Assembly (NCBI GenBank): GCA_964344105.1
Contig: CAYFMD010000001.1
Location: 4,671 to 68,670, forward strand
Length of the DNA stretch: 64,000 nt
Direction: 5' to 3'
From: Candidatus Woesearchaeota archaeon
GTDB taxonomy: Archaea; Nanobdellota; Nanobdellia; Pacearchaeales; GW2011-AR1
Under the pieces are notes generated by a model. The model searched no databases. It was not told the DNA's origin and saw only the letters and a list, made by a program, of their open reading frames with translations. Each line of letters begins with the position of its first letter. Within the stretch, counting starts at the first letter, position 1. Shown here one piece after another: positions 1 to 10,553 of this stretch. Both the position numbers and the translations under genes were made by a program.

Positions 1-543
1 TTTCTTACTCTTACTAGCTTTAACCAATTGATCCAAAGCATCATTAAAAGAAAGACCAATATCAATCAATATCAATGAATGAGCACCTATACTCTTATTC
101 TCCTTAACAAAATCCAAAAAGCTATCTGGCTCAAAATTCTTCTGCCATGCAGGCATCGAAGAAACTTTACCAAACTTATACAATTGCAATCCACTTTCAG
201 CAACAGCATCAAAAACAGAAGCTGCATAAATTATCTTATACTTAGTCTTATTCTTCTTACAGTCTTCCAACAAACTAACATGTGTCGTAGCAAATAAAGG
301 GCAACCAGAAACCAGAAGGGCTACATCTTCCTTCTTACTCTCCTCCACCAACCTCATACTCTCAACTTCTCCTCTTCCCAAACTAACAACCTTCTTCCCA
401 ACAACCTTATCCAACTTTTTAGTATCATAAGGAAACTCTACAGTATAATTCTCCAAATAAACTTTCTTACATTTCTTAACAGCCTCCCTACCTTCTACAG
501 AAATGCCTTTCTCATTCAATCCCAAACCTATCAAGTATAACAT
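1..543 (-). CDS. dph5: Diphthine synthase (Dph5), N-terminal ~180 aa; the gene runs off the window start
   Basis: The minus-strand translation from ATG at 541-543 reads MLYLIGLGL...VSGCPLFATTH...YKFGK...HSLILIDIG, the hallmark diphthine synthase motifs. It is absent from the ORF track because no stop falls inside the window. Confidence 0.8.
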   Translation of the reverse strand, partial: MLYLIGLGLNEKGISVEGREAVKKCKKVYLENYTVEFPYDTKKLDKVVGKKVVSLGRGEVESMRLVEESKKEDVALLVSGCPLFATTHVSLLEDCKKNKTKYKIIYAASVFDAVAESGLQLYKFGKVSSMPAWQKNFEPDSFLDFVKENKSIGAHSLILIDIGLSFNDALDQLVKASKSKK

Positions 544-573
544 ATATATCCAACAAATTATTTGTTAATAAAA

Positions 574-954
574 CTATCTCCTACTAGCCTTTATCCTATG
601 CTTTTTCTTATCTCTCCTTAATCCTAAAAGATCTTCAGCACCATCTTCTTCTAAAAAGCTCCGCAACCTATCGTAGATTCCATCTCGCTTAAGAATTACA
701 TAATTGTGATGACCATCTTTCTCCATACTGACTATTCCATGATCTCTCAAAATATCTAAGTGGTGGTATGTATCCTGACTTGCAATTCCTAAGAATCTAG
801 TAACTTCACCAATATAAGGCCTTTCATTATGCGCAAGATAGTAAATGATATTTAATCTATGATCATTACCTAAAATAAAACCTAGCGTCATAATATCTAT
901 CTCTCCTTTAGTAGGATGATAATTTTTTGGATAGGTAATTCTAGCATTATCCAT
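574..954 (-). CDS. ArsR/SmtB-like winged-helix transcriptional regulator
   Basis: The HRLNIIYYL...IGEVTRFLGIASQDTYHHLDILRDHGIV segment is the ArsR HTH pattern. Confidence 0.55.
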   Translation of the reverse strand: MDNARITYPKNYHPTKGEIDIMTLGFILGNDHRLNIIYYLAHNERPYIGEVTRFLGIASQDTYHHLDILRDHGIVSMEKDGHHNYVILKRDGIYDRLRSFLEEDGAEDLLGLRRDKKKHRIKASRR

Positions 955-1009
955 AAAATTTCCTCCTCAGTTACCTTTATTAACATTTCCCCCTTAGCCT
1001 TAAAAAGAG

Positions 1010-1717
1010 ATGATAACAAATTCTAAGAAAAGCAACTCGCATTTGAACTTTGCTACTGGCAGTAACTTCACAAAGTCCAAACGCTCGCAAGCACACGTAG
1101 AGATGATTTTAGCAACAACTCTATTCATAGGATTCCTAATCTTCGTATTTATTTTCCTAAGATCTTCGTTAAAGACAACCCAAGAGATTCCTACCGATGA
1201 AATCCAAAGAGAGATACTTGAAAGAACTCAACAAGAAGTGGGAAAGCTATCTGTTATTGTAGGAACATTAGCTGACGGTTCACGAGCCTGCTTCAATTTA
1301 GACGCTGTAGAGGATGAATATGGGACTGACTTTAGATCTGTAAGCGACCCTTCCAATCCTGGAAGATATACAATATATTATGGACATTTCTTTAACAAAA
1401 ACCCAATTACTTGTGCAAAAGCAAATGAAAACTTCACCCTCGGAGGATACATCGAAGAAAAGCTCGTAATTGACACTAACATAACTTTACTAGTGAATGA
1501 ATATGAGACTGACTATTCAGCATTAAAACAAGACCTTGGAGTAGATAACTTTGCATTCGAATTTAGAGATGAAAACAACGAAATAATTGAAGCTCTAAGT
1601 GTAAGGGGAAAAATCCCTGAGAACGTCGATATAATTTCAAAAGATTTCCCAGTAAGAGTTATAGATGCAAATGCACAAATGACTAACAGAATATTAAACA
1701 TAAAGGCATGGAGATGA
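1010..1717 (+). CDS. Membrane-anchored hypothetical protein with an N-terminal TM helix
   Basis: It has a hydrophobic segment ILATTLFIGFLIFVFIFL followed by a soluble domain. The true start may be the internal Met before the TM helix. It overlaps the next ORF by 10 nt. Confidence 0.45.
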   Translation: MITNSKKSNSHLNFATGSNFTKSKRSQAHVEMILATTLFIGFLIFVFIFLRSSLKTTQEIPTDEIQREILERTQQEVGKLSVIVGTLADGSRACFNLDAVEDEYGTDFRSVSDPSNPGRYTIYYGHFFNKNPITCAKANENFTLGGYIEEKLVIDTNITLLVNEYETDYSALKQDLGVDNFAFEFRDENNEIIEALSVRGKIPENVDIISKDFPVRVIDANAQMTNRILNIKAWR

Positions 1718-2109
1718 GAAACAAAAAAGGATTCATAAGGATAATTGAAGCAATATTTGCTATTTTAATTATAATGGGAGCAGTCTTAATAGTAATCTCA
1801 AATAACGTAAAAACATCAGATATTTCTGAAGCTGCTCATGAAAAACAAAGATATATTTTAGATGTAATATCAAACAATGAAGAGATAAGACAACAAATTC
1901 TAAACAATGAAACAACTCTTGCAAACGATTTCATAAGAAAAAATCTCCCAAATTCCTGGAACTTCGAAACCTGCATAACTGAAATAGATCGGATATGTAA
2001 CCCTGTAACTGTAGAAGATAGAGATGTTTACGTAAGTGAATCTATAATTTCATCCTCGCTAACCACAAGAACTAAATCAAAAAAATTCAGATTTTTTATA
2101 TGGAGGTAA
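1708..2109 (+). CDS. Archaeal type IV pilin-like protein with a class III signal peptide
   Basis: The N-terminus MEMRNKKG|FIRIIEAIFAILIIMGAVLIV has a KG cleavage motif followed by a hydrophobic stretch with E at +5/6. Confidence 0.55.
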   Translation: MEMRNKKGFIRIIEAIFAILIIMGAVLIVISNNVKTSDISEAAHEKQRYILDVISNNEEIRQQILNNETTLANDFIRKNLPNSWNFETCITEIDRICNPVTVEDRDVYVSESIISSSLTTRTKSKKFRFFIWR

Positions 2110-2144
2110 GGATTTAAATACTTAAAATCACATTTAAAGGTAAG

Positions 2145-5100
2145 GTGGCATCAAAAAGAGGGCTAGTAATTTGTACGTTAATTTCAATCATACTACTCAG
2201 CCCTATGCTTCTGGCTCAATGTGTCCCTACAGTGCCCCCAACAGAATTCTGTGATGGAATAGATAACGATTGCGATGGCATAGTTGATGAGGCCGCAGGA
2301 AGTACTTATGATTTGAATTTAATTGCAGAATCTCCTGATACAAAAATAAGCAATCCTGGTAGCACTGTCGCAGATCAAACTCCTGAATTCTACATAACGG
2401 GAGATTCAAGATTGCCAGCTATAGGAGCATCCACAAAGTGGCTTAGGCATCCAACACAAGATAGAAGTACCCCTTACTGGGTACAAAGAGATTTTAACAT
2501 ACCTTCTATTTACCTTCTAGGGACTCCTACAATCTCTGCAACAATAAGGGCTGCCGGAAATGATCAAGTAAGGGCTTACATCAATGGAGACACAGACTTA
2601 ATTTTAGAGGATTTAAATCAACCTTTCGAGGGAGGATTTGTAACAGAGAATTTCAATACAGGATTTATATCAGGAGAGAACAAACTAAGGTTTTATCTAA
2701 CTAACACTGACAGAGAAAGTTCATTGAATTACGCATTTGATCTATCAATAGATGCTTGCATCCCTATACAATGCTTTGATGATATAGACAATGACAACGA
2801 TCTTAATTCAGGCGGAGGAATAGACGCATTACAAGAATTCATACCAGAAAATAATTGTGCAGATATAACTTACAGCAACGGAGAAGACAATTGTGATAGG
2901 TATGGGCATTCATATTACTTTGGAAGAACTGATAGTCATGAGATCAACGATTATATAGATTCCTTTCACGAATATGATGATATAGGGACCGATGGCGCAT
3001 ATTTTTGTAATGAATTAGATGCAGATAAACTTTGCGAATTAAAAGGATACTCTGATTACGAAATAATTAATTTAAGGTCTGTAGGCGAAGTAACAAGAAC
3101 TGAATGTTCTAGAAACAAGTGTAACTCAGATAGTAGCTGTGTGGGATTCCACAGCAATTCTGACAATCACTTCGCGTTATGGGATCCTGATGCAGCAAAT
3201 CCAAATGGAGGGTACTCTGGAAACTTAGTAAGAATAAGTGCAGAGCAAGGAAAAAGGGGGCTAAAGAAAGTACTATGTACAAATCCAATACCTAGCGCTT
3301 GTTGGGATGGAATAGATAATGAAGATAACGATGGAAAAAAAGACTTTTGTGTCACTCCAAATGCCCCCTCAACATTCACTTTTGAAGACCACTATTCAAC
3401 AACAATGGTTCCTTTTCTAAACACATTTGGATATAGGACCATTAATGGTGGATTAAATGATGATGATGCAACCTTGCAGAAAATTTGTAACCTTAAGGGA
3501 TATAATACTGTAAGTTCACATAATTCCAGAACCTGGTCTAGTTGTGGCGATAATGATAATTGGTACTGGTCTTCTAGCGAGAATAACTTTGTAAATGGTG
3601 GAGGCTGCTATAATGGCGGAACTCATGTAACCACCTTAACTTGTAGCGATCCAATAGATTGTGACCCTGATTGTGAATCAAGATATGATACATCAGAATA
3701 CCCTCACGATCCTCAATGTACTGATATCAAAGACGACGATGAAGGTGGCCCTACTGTAACACCAGATCCTCCAGCCGATCCACTTTGCGACCTAAATCAA
3801 ACAATTCTAATTATCGATCACGATGGCTCAATCTTACCAGTTCATGAAGATTCTGAAGGAACAAGAATTTGCTACGATTATATTTTTAACACTAATAATA
3901 CGGATCCTAACGCAACAATGTGTACTGGAGACAATGTGGTATTAAAGGTAAACCCTGTAACAGGATTCGCCTCTATCCCTGAAACTGCAAATAATGATGC
4001 TTGCGCTTGGGCTGATAGGGATAATAGCGGTGTTGTGGATTCTCCTGGAGCTGATCAAGATGCATATGCTGCTTGTTTTGGAAAATCAACAACAACAAAT
4101 CCAGAATGCAGTTGGGCAGACAGAGATAATAGTGGTTCAGTAGGTCATGGAGATACACCTGAATTTGCAAATTGCGTGGGAGCAGTAACAAACTACACAG
4201 ACATCTGCTACGATAATCTAGAATGTAGATCGATCTCAGCAGGATCTTGTGCAGTAGATGAATTCACAACAGTAAGGCTTTCAGCAGCAACTGAAGCAAC
4301 AATAGGAAACGCTTCATCTTCATTACCAGTACAAATCTGCTGTAAGATAGTTAACCCAGAAATAACGGGTGCTTACTGGTCAGAGCCTTTCAGAGACATG
4401 AGAATAAATTCTACAGACCTAAATTCTTTAGTAAGATTAAGAATGGGTGGAATTAAATTAGAAGATAAAACTGTAGACTACACAATAAAAAGAAGGACTG
4501 GAGGATTCTTAGACTTCCTAATTCCTGACAGAACTATAATGGCTGGATCTGAAGAAGGATTCCCAACATGGAGGGCGGGAAAAGATGAGAATGGAGACTT
4601 ACAGGGTGGAGAATACTATTTCATTGTAAAAATAGATTCCTTAGGATTAGAATTTGACACTTCAAATAATCCTGATGAAAACTACAGATATTTAGAAGTA
4701 TCAAACACACAAGTTAACAATCCTCCGACTGCACTAATAACTTTCCCAGAGGATAAGCAAATATATTTCATAGATTCACCAATTTACTTCGAGCAAGCTA
4801 GCTTCGATATAGATGATGGATTCTCATATAGATGGGAACTAGGAGACGGTACTGTAAAAGAAGGGAATACTTCAAATTATGAGAACTATAATTTCACTCA
4901 CACTTACACTGGAGAAGAAAACCTTGGCCAACAAAACATAAAGCTATATGTTACAGATGATCGAGGATTAGGCTCTCAAGATTCAGTTTCAATCTTAGTA
5001 ATAAACTCAACATTCATCCTAACTTACATAGACCAACCGGCAGATGGTGGTTCATTCGGCAGACAAGTAGATTTTGATGCATCTAGCACTTATGCAGTTA

Positions 5101-6269
5101 GCTCATCAACTAATATTGCAGCAGATGGGACTTGTACAAAAGAAATCATCTGTCTAGCTGGAAATTGCCCATCAGAAACAAGAGGTTGCCCAACTTCAGC
5201 TTCACTAGGATGTAACTTTGATACAAATACTTGTCCAATAACCGTGCAAAATGCTCCAAGAGACCATGTACCAATAACTTTCAACTGGACATTTAGAAAT
5301 ACTCACGGTCTTGAACTAAAAAGATCTGGAAATGGAGCTGGAAATGTAGCATTCACACAATCATTCCCAATAGCAGATTTCTACACTGCCTCACTAACAG
5401 CCTCTATCAATCCTAGCTCATCAGCGGAAGTAGACTTCAATGTAGACTTCGAAAGTCCAACTTGTTATCCACAAATATCTGCACAACAAGCAAATGACTT
5501 CTCTGACTTAATTATTGGAGCAAGCTACTGGAGAGAAGATGAAACTTTCAAGAATTCTGTCCAGGATTGTAGGCGACTAGATGGTGTCGATCCAAACGGT
5601 CAACCTAGAACTACTTGCTGTCCTGATGGTTACTCATGTAACTCAGATAATGAATGTGCACTTTTAGTAGAGATTACAGGGTGCCAGCAATATGAAACAC
5701 CTGAAGAATGTGGTGCAGACTCAGGACATCCAGGAGAAGCATCAGAAATCTTAGAATCACTAGGAGACTTCATGGATGACTTCCCTCAAGGATGTTTCAA
5801 CAACGAATTATTCGGAAACGATAATCAATGTAGAAACTTTGTAGATTGTAGATGTGTATGGGACCCTGATGAAGGAGATGATGGATTATGCTTAGCAAGA
5901 TATAATGAGACAGTTGAACACATCCCTTCAGGAGATATGTGGAGTGTTGAAGATCAAACTTCAGAAATCAACGCAGCTTGTAGCGAACCTGGAAGAGAAA
6001 GAACTGGTGCCTGTACGTTCAATTTTGAATACACTGGAAGTTGCATAGATGGGGCTGAATTTGTAACAAGATCTTGGACTGCACAATACGATAACACGGA
6101 TGCATCATTTAGTGACCCTTTAGGATACTGCGCTCCTGGTTCAGAAATAATACCTTGTGAAAGAGTAATCAGATTGCCTTTCTTCAGTTTCCAGAACATA
6201 ATCGTAGCGATAATCCTCTTAGTACTAATCTATTGGTTTATCTTGAGAGACAAAGATCATAAGAAATGA
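2145..6269 (+). CDS. Giant cell-surface protein (1374 aa) with signal peptide, Cys-rich modules, a PKD-like domain and a C-terminal TM anchor
   Basis: It has a GTG start, the signal peptide MASKRGLVICTLISIILLSPMLLAQC, a WELGDGT...YTG...YVTDDRG PKD signature, and a C-terminal helix IIVAIILLVLIYWFIL followed by the basic tail RDKDHKK. Confidence 0.75.
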   Translation: MASKRGLVICTLISIILLSPMLLAQCVPTVPPTEFCDGIDNDCDGIVDEAAGSTYDLNLIAESPDTKISNPGSTVADQTPEFYITGDSRLPAIGASTKWLRHPTQDRSTPYWVQRDFNIPSIYLLGTPTISATIRAAGNDQVRAYINGDTDLILEDLNQPFEGGFVTENFNTGFISGENKLRFYLTNTDRESSLNYAFDLSIDACIPIQCFDDIDNDNDLNSGGGIDALQEFIPENNCADITYSNGEDNCDRYGHSYYFGRTDSHEINDYIDSFHEYDDIGTDGAYFCNELDADKLCELKGYSDYEIINLRSVGEVTRTECSRNKCNSDSSCVGFHSNSDNHFALWDPDAANPNGGYSGNLVRISAEQGKRGLKKVLCTNPIPSACWDGIDNEDNDGKKDFCVTPNAPSTFTFEDHYSTTMVPFLNTFGYRTINGGLNDDDATLQKICNLKGYNTVSSHNSRTWSSCGDNDNWYWSSSENNFVNGGGCYNGGTHVTTLTCSDPIDCDPDCESRYDTSEYPHDPQCTDIKDDDEGGPTVTPDPPADPLCDLNQTILIIDHDGSILPVHEDSEGTRICYDYIFNTNNTDPNATMCTGDNVVLKVNPVTGFASIPETANNDACAWADRDNSGVVDSPGADQDAYAACFGKSTTTNPECSWADRDNSGSVGHGDTPEFANCVGAVTNYTDICYDNLECRSISAGSCAVDEFTTVRLSAATEATIGNASSSLPVQICCKIVNPEITGAYWSEPFRDMRINSTDLNSLVRLRMGGIKLEDKTVDYTIKRRTGGFLDFLIPDRTIMAGSEEGFPTWRAGKDENGDLQGGEYYFIVKIDSLGLEFDTSNNPDENYRYLEVSNTQVNNPPTALITFPEDKQIYFIDSPIYFEQASFDIDDGFSYRWELGDGTVKEGNTSNYENYNFTHTYTGEENLGQQNIKLYVTDDRGLGSQDSVSILVINSTFILTYIDQPADGGSFGRQVDFDASSTYAVSSSTNIAADGTCTKEIICLAGNCPSETRGCPTSASLGCNFDTNTCPITVQNAPRDHVPITFNWTFRNTHGLELKRSGNGAGNVAFTQSFPIADFYTASLTASINPSSSAEVDFNVDFESPTCYPQISAQQANDFSDLIIGASYWREDETFKNSVQDCRRLDGVDPNGQPRTTCCPDGYSCNSDNECALLVEITGCQQYETPEECGADSGHPGEASEILESLGDFMDDFPQGCFNNELFGNDNQCRNFVDCRCVWDPDEGDDGLCLARYNETVEHIPSGDMWSVEDQTSEINAACSEPGRERTGACTFNFEYTGSCIDGAEFVTRSWTAQYDNTDASFSDPLGYCAPGSEIIPCERVIRLPFFSFQNIIVAIILLVLIYWFILRDKDHKK

Positions 6270-8965
6270 AAAAAAATCTATTCCTATTGATAGTAGCCCT
6301 AATGGCAATAAACGTAGTATCTGCTACAATTGAAATTGGAAATCTATCTCATAACATTGAGGAAAGTTACGTTCCTGGAGCCGCATTAAAGGGATGGATA
6401 AACTTCAGCATGGAAGATGAGCCTGCAGATACTTTAATCACAGCCTTCGACAACTCTGTAACTATTCGAGACCTTCTTGAAGCTAATGATGTTTCCTGCA
6501 CTTTCCCAAATCCTTACGAATGTACCTGCCTTCCTTCTGACTGCCAACCTGGCTACAACACATTAAACTCTGGTGAATCATCAAAAACATATTCTCTAGG
6601 ATTACTACAATCAGAAACCTTCGGAATAAGGATAGATGAAAACGTTACAAAGGTATCAGATTTCAGATTTAATATCTCTTCTAATGCAGCTTCTTCATGT
6701 ACAAACCCATTACTAGTTGACTTATTAGACGATGGTTCTATAGATCTTAGAATAACAAATGTAACAGATGAAACTTGCTTCATTGAAAGCCCTTGGGGAT
6801 GCTTTAATCCAGAAGAAGTTTCAGGAAACACTACAATTGGAACAACTCCTTTATGTGAAAAAATAACTGTTCCTTCTGCTAAGGGATTTAAAATAGGAGC
6901 AGTGATTGATGGAACTGGAACAGCAAGCTTCATAATGAGTATCAATGCTAACGAATGCCAAATAAATAACATTGATGGATCTGGAGAAATCTCATGTAAC
7001 GTAATGTTAGAATCAGAAACAGAGCCAAATAGGGAACTAGAAGTTTGTATCTCAGCACAAGAAGGAATTAGCGAAGATAAATATAAAATAAACTTTGAAG
7101 ATAATAACACTTGCGGGTTTATAGATGATCTTGATAAAACTCCTCATGATTTTGAAATATTTGCAAAGCCTCTAAAATATGCAGCCCCTGGAGATCTATC
7201 TTTCTATGATGAGCTTTTTGATGACGATACAAACTTATCTGCACAAGTTTTCACTTATTTAGAAAACAGATACGATTCAACTTGTGATAACGAATGTATA
7301 ATCCCAATAAGAATCAGTTCAGGATTAAACCAAGTAATTACTGTTAAAGACATCTTCATGGATTACGATGTGAATGGATTAAACCCAACTGGCTCAGAAG
7401 CTACTCAAATATACGACATAGAATCTACGGAAGTATTATACGCAACACCATTCATCGAATACAATCTAGACGATCTTGAACTATTCACTCCACTATCTAC
7501 AGATGATGAAACCTTTCAACTAACAATAGGTGATGAAACTTTAGAAAACAACATTTCTCTAATAAACATAACAGGGGTATCTAGTATAATTCCTACGAGT
7601 GTTGCAGCATTAGTAAAAACAAGATTTTATGCAATAACTACTGGGGATGAAAATCTAACTTACACCTGGAACTTTGGAGACGGCTCGCAAATACAATCTA
7701 CATCAAAGAACTCAATAGAACACACTTATGCGACAACAGGATCATTTCAACTTTCAGTAAATATAACAAATGAACAAGGTACAACTTCAAAAATTGTAAC
7801 TGTAAATGTTCTAGCACCTTTTAACGCAATTAGAACAACAATAAATGGCTATAGATCTAAATTAAAGGCAATTGATGATAAGATATTCTTACTTTCAGAT
7901 AAAATTAAAGAAAGAGTAGCTAAGGTCATAGACACAGCAGATCTAACTAGTGCAATAAACAGAATAGATGAGCAATACAAAGAGCTATTTGAAACAGAAA
8001 GTGAAGAGCTAATCAAATTAATGAAGCAACTAAATGAGCTAAACATTCCTGAATCATTTGACACTTCACAAGAAATAAAATCTTCTCCTTTCTTCCAGAG
8101 CTCATCTAGATTAGACTTAGATCTAATAGGCGAATTCGGGGCAGGAAGCGTGGATTTAGATCGATCTGACGCATATCCAAATGCAATAAGATTGTGGCTA
8201 GAAGAAAATTTAGATATCAAGATGGAGTCAAAGACATATTCATTCTATCTAGTTGATGGAACTGAACAAGTGGCTGTAACTCATGTGAAGATGGAATTAA
8301 CTCCTAAGAGAGCAACAGATGAATTCTATATGGTAATTGAAGGCGACACTAATAGCATAAAGTTCATTGGAGATTATTCAGAAAGAGAAATAGATCCAAA
8401 CCATTTCGGTATAACTATAAGAAATCTAGAGCCCGAAGTAACTCAAACAATTGAATTCCTTCATCCAGAAAAAATTGAACCAACTAACCTTCCAATATTT
8501 GTATCTCCGGAATACAGATTTTTAGAGCTAGGATTCAGTGCAGGAGTTTGTAATAATGATGGTATCTGTAGTGGTGGTGAAAACTCTGACAACTGTAGGG
8601 CAGATTGTAAACCTGTAACTAGAACAATAATCTTCTTAGTAATCTTACTTATTGTGGCTTTCATAATCTATATAGTGCTACAAGAATGGTATAAGAGAAA
8701 CTATCAGAAGAGCTTATTCAAATCTCCAAATGAACTTTACAATCTAGTAACTTTCATGGGTAACGGAGTAAACCAGAAGCTTTCAAAGTCACAAATCTTT
8801 AACCAGCTTAAAGATAGAAAGTGGAGTAAAGAACAACTAAACTATGCTTGGAAAAAACTTCACAATAAAAGAACCGGAATGTTTGAAATCCCAATCCTAA
8901 GACCTTTCGAAAAACGAAAGATGAAAAAGGAAATGGCTAAAAGAAAAGCTCTAGGGCTAGCTTAA
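6266..8965 (+). CDS. Large cell-surface protein (899 aa) with signal peptide, PKD-like domain and C-terminal TM anchor
   Basis: The signal peptide is MKKNLFLLIVALMAINVVSA, the PKD signature is WNFGDGS...HTY...G, and the C-terminal TM helix is IIFLVILLIVAFIIYIVL. It overlaps the upstream gene by 4 nt (ATGA). Confidence 0.75.
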   Translation: MKKNLFLLIVALMAINVVSATIEIGNLSHNIEESYVPGAALKGWINFSMEDEPADTLITAFDNSVTIRDLLEANDVSCTFPNPYECTCLPSDCQPGYNTLNSGESSKTYSLGLLQSETFGIRIDENVTKVSDFRFNISSNAASSCTNPLLVDLLDDGSIDLRITNVTDETCFIESPWGCFNPEEVSGNTTIGTTPLCEKITVPSAKGFKIGAVIDGTGTASFIMSINANECQINNIDGSGEISCNVMLESETEPNRELEVCISAQEGISEDKYKINFEDNNTCGFIDDLDKTPHDFEIFAKPLKYAAPGDLSFYDELFDDDTNLSAQVFTYLENRYDSTCDNECIIPIRISSGLNQVITVKDIFMDYDVNGLNPTGSEATQIYDIESTEVLYATPFIEYNLDDLELFTPLSTDDETFQLTIGDETLENNISLINITGVSSIIPTSVAALVKTRFYAITTGDENLTYTWNFGDGSQIQSTSKNSIEHTYATTGSFQLSVNITNEQGTTSKIVTVNVLAPFNAIRTTINGYRSKLKAIDDKIFLLSDKIKERVAKVIDTADLTSAINRIDEQYKELFETESEELIKLMKQLNELNIPESFDTSQEIKSSPFFQSSSRLDLDLIGEFGAGSVDLDRSDAYPNAIRLWLEENLDIKMESKTYSFYLVDGTEQVAVTHVKMELTPKRATDEFYMVIEGDTNSIKFIGDYSEREIDPNHFGITIRNLEPEVTQTIEFLHPEKIEPTNLPIFVSPEYRFLELGFSAGVCNNDGICSGGENSDNCRADCKPVTRTIIFLVILLIVAFIIYIVLQEWYKRNYQKSLFKSPNELYNLVTFMGNGVNQKLSKSQIFNQLKDRKWSKEQLNYAWKKLHNKRTGMFEIPILRPFEKRKMKKEMAKRKALGLA

Positions 8966-9333
8966 AAATCCCATCCCTTAAACATAATTCTTAATCTATC
9001 TGTAAAATCTGGATTGGGCCTCATTCTATAATCATGACTTCCACCATAAGGTAATTGAAAAAGATTCCAATCAGTATATCTCGCACCAGTTCCACATCCA
9101 ACAACTTCATATCTATCTCCTTTTGGTAATGGCATAGTTTTCTTAACAGGATCTGTATCATAATCAACTCCTCTATCACCCAAAAACCTTGCAAGTATTT
9201 TACGATGAAATGCTTCTGTACCTCTTGTAGGCCCACAAACCATAATGGGCTCACCATCCAACATCAGCTGTACTAATTTAAACTCATCTTGTACTGGCAT
9301 ATCAACTAACACAATATCTCGATCCAAAGGCAT
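8962..9333 (-). CDS. Hypothetical protein (123 aa)
   Basis: It is a clean ORF lying divergent to the GTPase gene. I recognise no family. Confidence 0.45.
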   Translation of the reverse strand: MPLDRDIVLVDMPVQDEFKLVQLMLDGEPIMVCGPTRGTEAFHRKILARFLGDRGVDYDTDPVKKTMPLPKGDRYEVVGCGTGARYTDWNLFQLPYGGSHDYRMRPNPDFTDRLRIMFKGWDF

Positions 9334-9350
9334 CGACCTACCAATATGAA

Positions 9351-10061
9351 TTGATATTTAAACATTATTCAAATACAGCATTCAATCACAGAAACCTTAA
9401 TAAACAATTTCTCCTAATTCTTACCATGAAGATATTGAAAGACTTCACAAAGAGGATGTTTAATCTATTTTTTAGAAGAAATAGAGAGATCAGCCTTGGT
9501 TTCTATGGTCCACCTAATGCAGGTAAGACAAGTCTAGCAAATAGAATTTGTAAGGACTGGACTGGAGAGGATATTGGAAAGGTCAGTAAGATGGCCCATG
9601 AAACTCGTAATGTTCAATTCAAAGAAGAGGTAGAAATTAAGTATAAAGAAAAATCTCTAAAATTCAAACTTGTAGACACTCCTGGAATCGCTACGAAGGT
9701 AGATTACGAAGACTTCATGAAGGCCAAGATGAAGAAAAAACAGGCTCAGAAACGCGCTAAGGAGGCCACACAAGGCATTGTAGAGGCGATTAGATGGTTG
9801 GACGACATGGATGCAGTAATCGTTGTCTTAGACTCTACAGAAAACCCTTATTCACAAGTAAATCTAACAATAGTAGGTAATCTAGTAGCAAGAGACATCC
9901 CAGTATTAGTTGTAGCAAACAAAATAGATCTAAAAAAATCGGACACTAAAAAAATTGAAGCAGCATTCCCAGACTATGAGGTAGTAGGAATATCTGCAAA
10001 GCAAGGAAAGAACATGGACGAGTTCTACGAATCCGTTTTCAAACTTGCAAAGAGAGCATAA
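9351..10061 (+). CDS. Small P-loop GTPase of the Ras/Era-like TRAFAC class
   Basis: It carries G1 GPPNAGKTS, G3 DTPG and G4 NKID. The true start is probably the internal Met (MKILKDF...) near 9426. Confidence 0.7.
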   Translation: MIFKHYSNTAFNHRNLNKQFLLILTMKILKDFTKRMFNLFFRRNREISLGFYGPPNAGKTSLANRICKDWTGEDIGKVSKMAHETRNVQFKEEVEIKYKEKSLKFKLVDTPGIATKVDYEDFMKAKMKKKQAQKRAKEATQGIVEAIRWLDDMDAVIVVLDSTENPYSQVNLTIVGNLVARDIPVLVVANKIDLKKSDTKKIEAAFPDYEVVGISAKQGKNMDEFYESVFKLAKRA

Positions 10062-10328
10062 CGCTTAAAAGTATATAATGGCTTATACAGATAACAAAAA
10101 GGAGGATAGGTAAGCGATAACTAAAACAAATAACTCTTAGTATTATCAGATACCAATACACACAAAATCGCAAAAAAGAAAAACAACGGACTAACATTAC
10201 AGTTCATACCTTATTCTGAAATAGCAACTCTATCCAGTGTAGAAAGGATAAAAAAACTCCTTAAGATAGTTTTAGACAACAAAGTAATTGTTCTCCAAGG
10301 AAGATTAAAATCAGATGAAGAATCTAGA

Positions 10329-10553
10329 TTGATTGAAGATACTATGATAATGATTGGAAACATCAAAGGATTCAAGGGAGTTGAACTAGCAGTAGTTGAA
10401 GACACCGAAGAAAAAACTTTCATGCAAAAAATGAGACATGGTTTAGCAAAAGCAATCGCTGGACAACAAAACGCAATAACAATCATTGGACCCGCTTCTG
10501 TAGTAAAGGAAATGAAGAAAGATCCTAAAAAACTAGAAGTAATGATGAGATAG
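10329..10553 (+). CDS. Conserved small protein adjacent to the GTPase. Its frame stays open upstream to 10134 with no canonical start.
   Basis: The track ORF starts with TTG. The upstream in-frame translation GLTLQFIPYSEIATLSSVERIKKLLKIVLDNKVIVLQGRL looks protein-like. Confidence 0.45.
   Translation: MIEDTMIMIGNIKGFKGVELAVVEDTEEKTFMQKMRHGLAKAIAGQQNAITIIGPASVVKEMKKDPKKLEVMMR

Noticed and set aside
79-297. A 72-aa plus-strand ORF at the window start
   Set aside because: It lies antisense within the dph5 (diphthine synthase) coding region, which is identified on the minus strand.
6553-7110. A 185-aa minus-strand ORF inside the 6266-8965 surface protein gene
   Set aside because: It is fully antisense to a well-supported long CDS with signal peptide and PKD domain. 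Its composition is Ser/Leu/Ile-rich, as is typical of shadow ORFs.
10211-10486. A 91-aa minus-strand ORF overlapping the GTPase-adjacent small gene
   Set aside because: The opposite-strand frame encodes a protein-like sequence that continues upstream, and the minus ORF is hydrophobic low-complexity.
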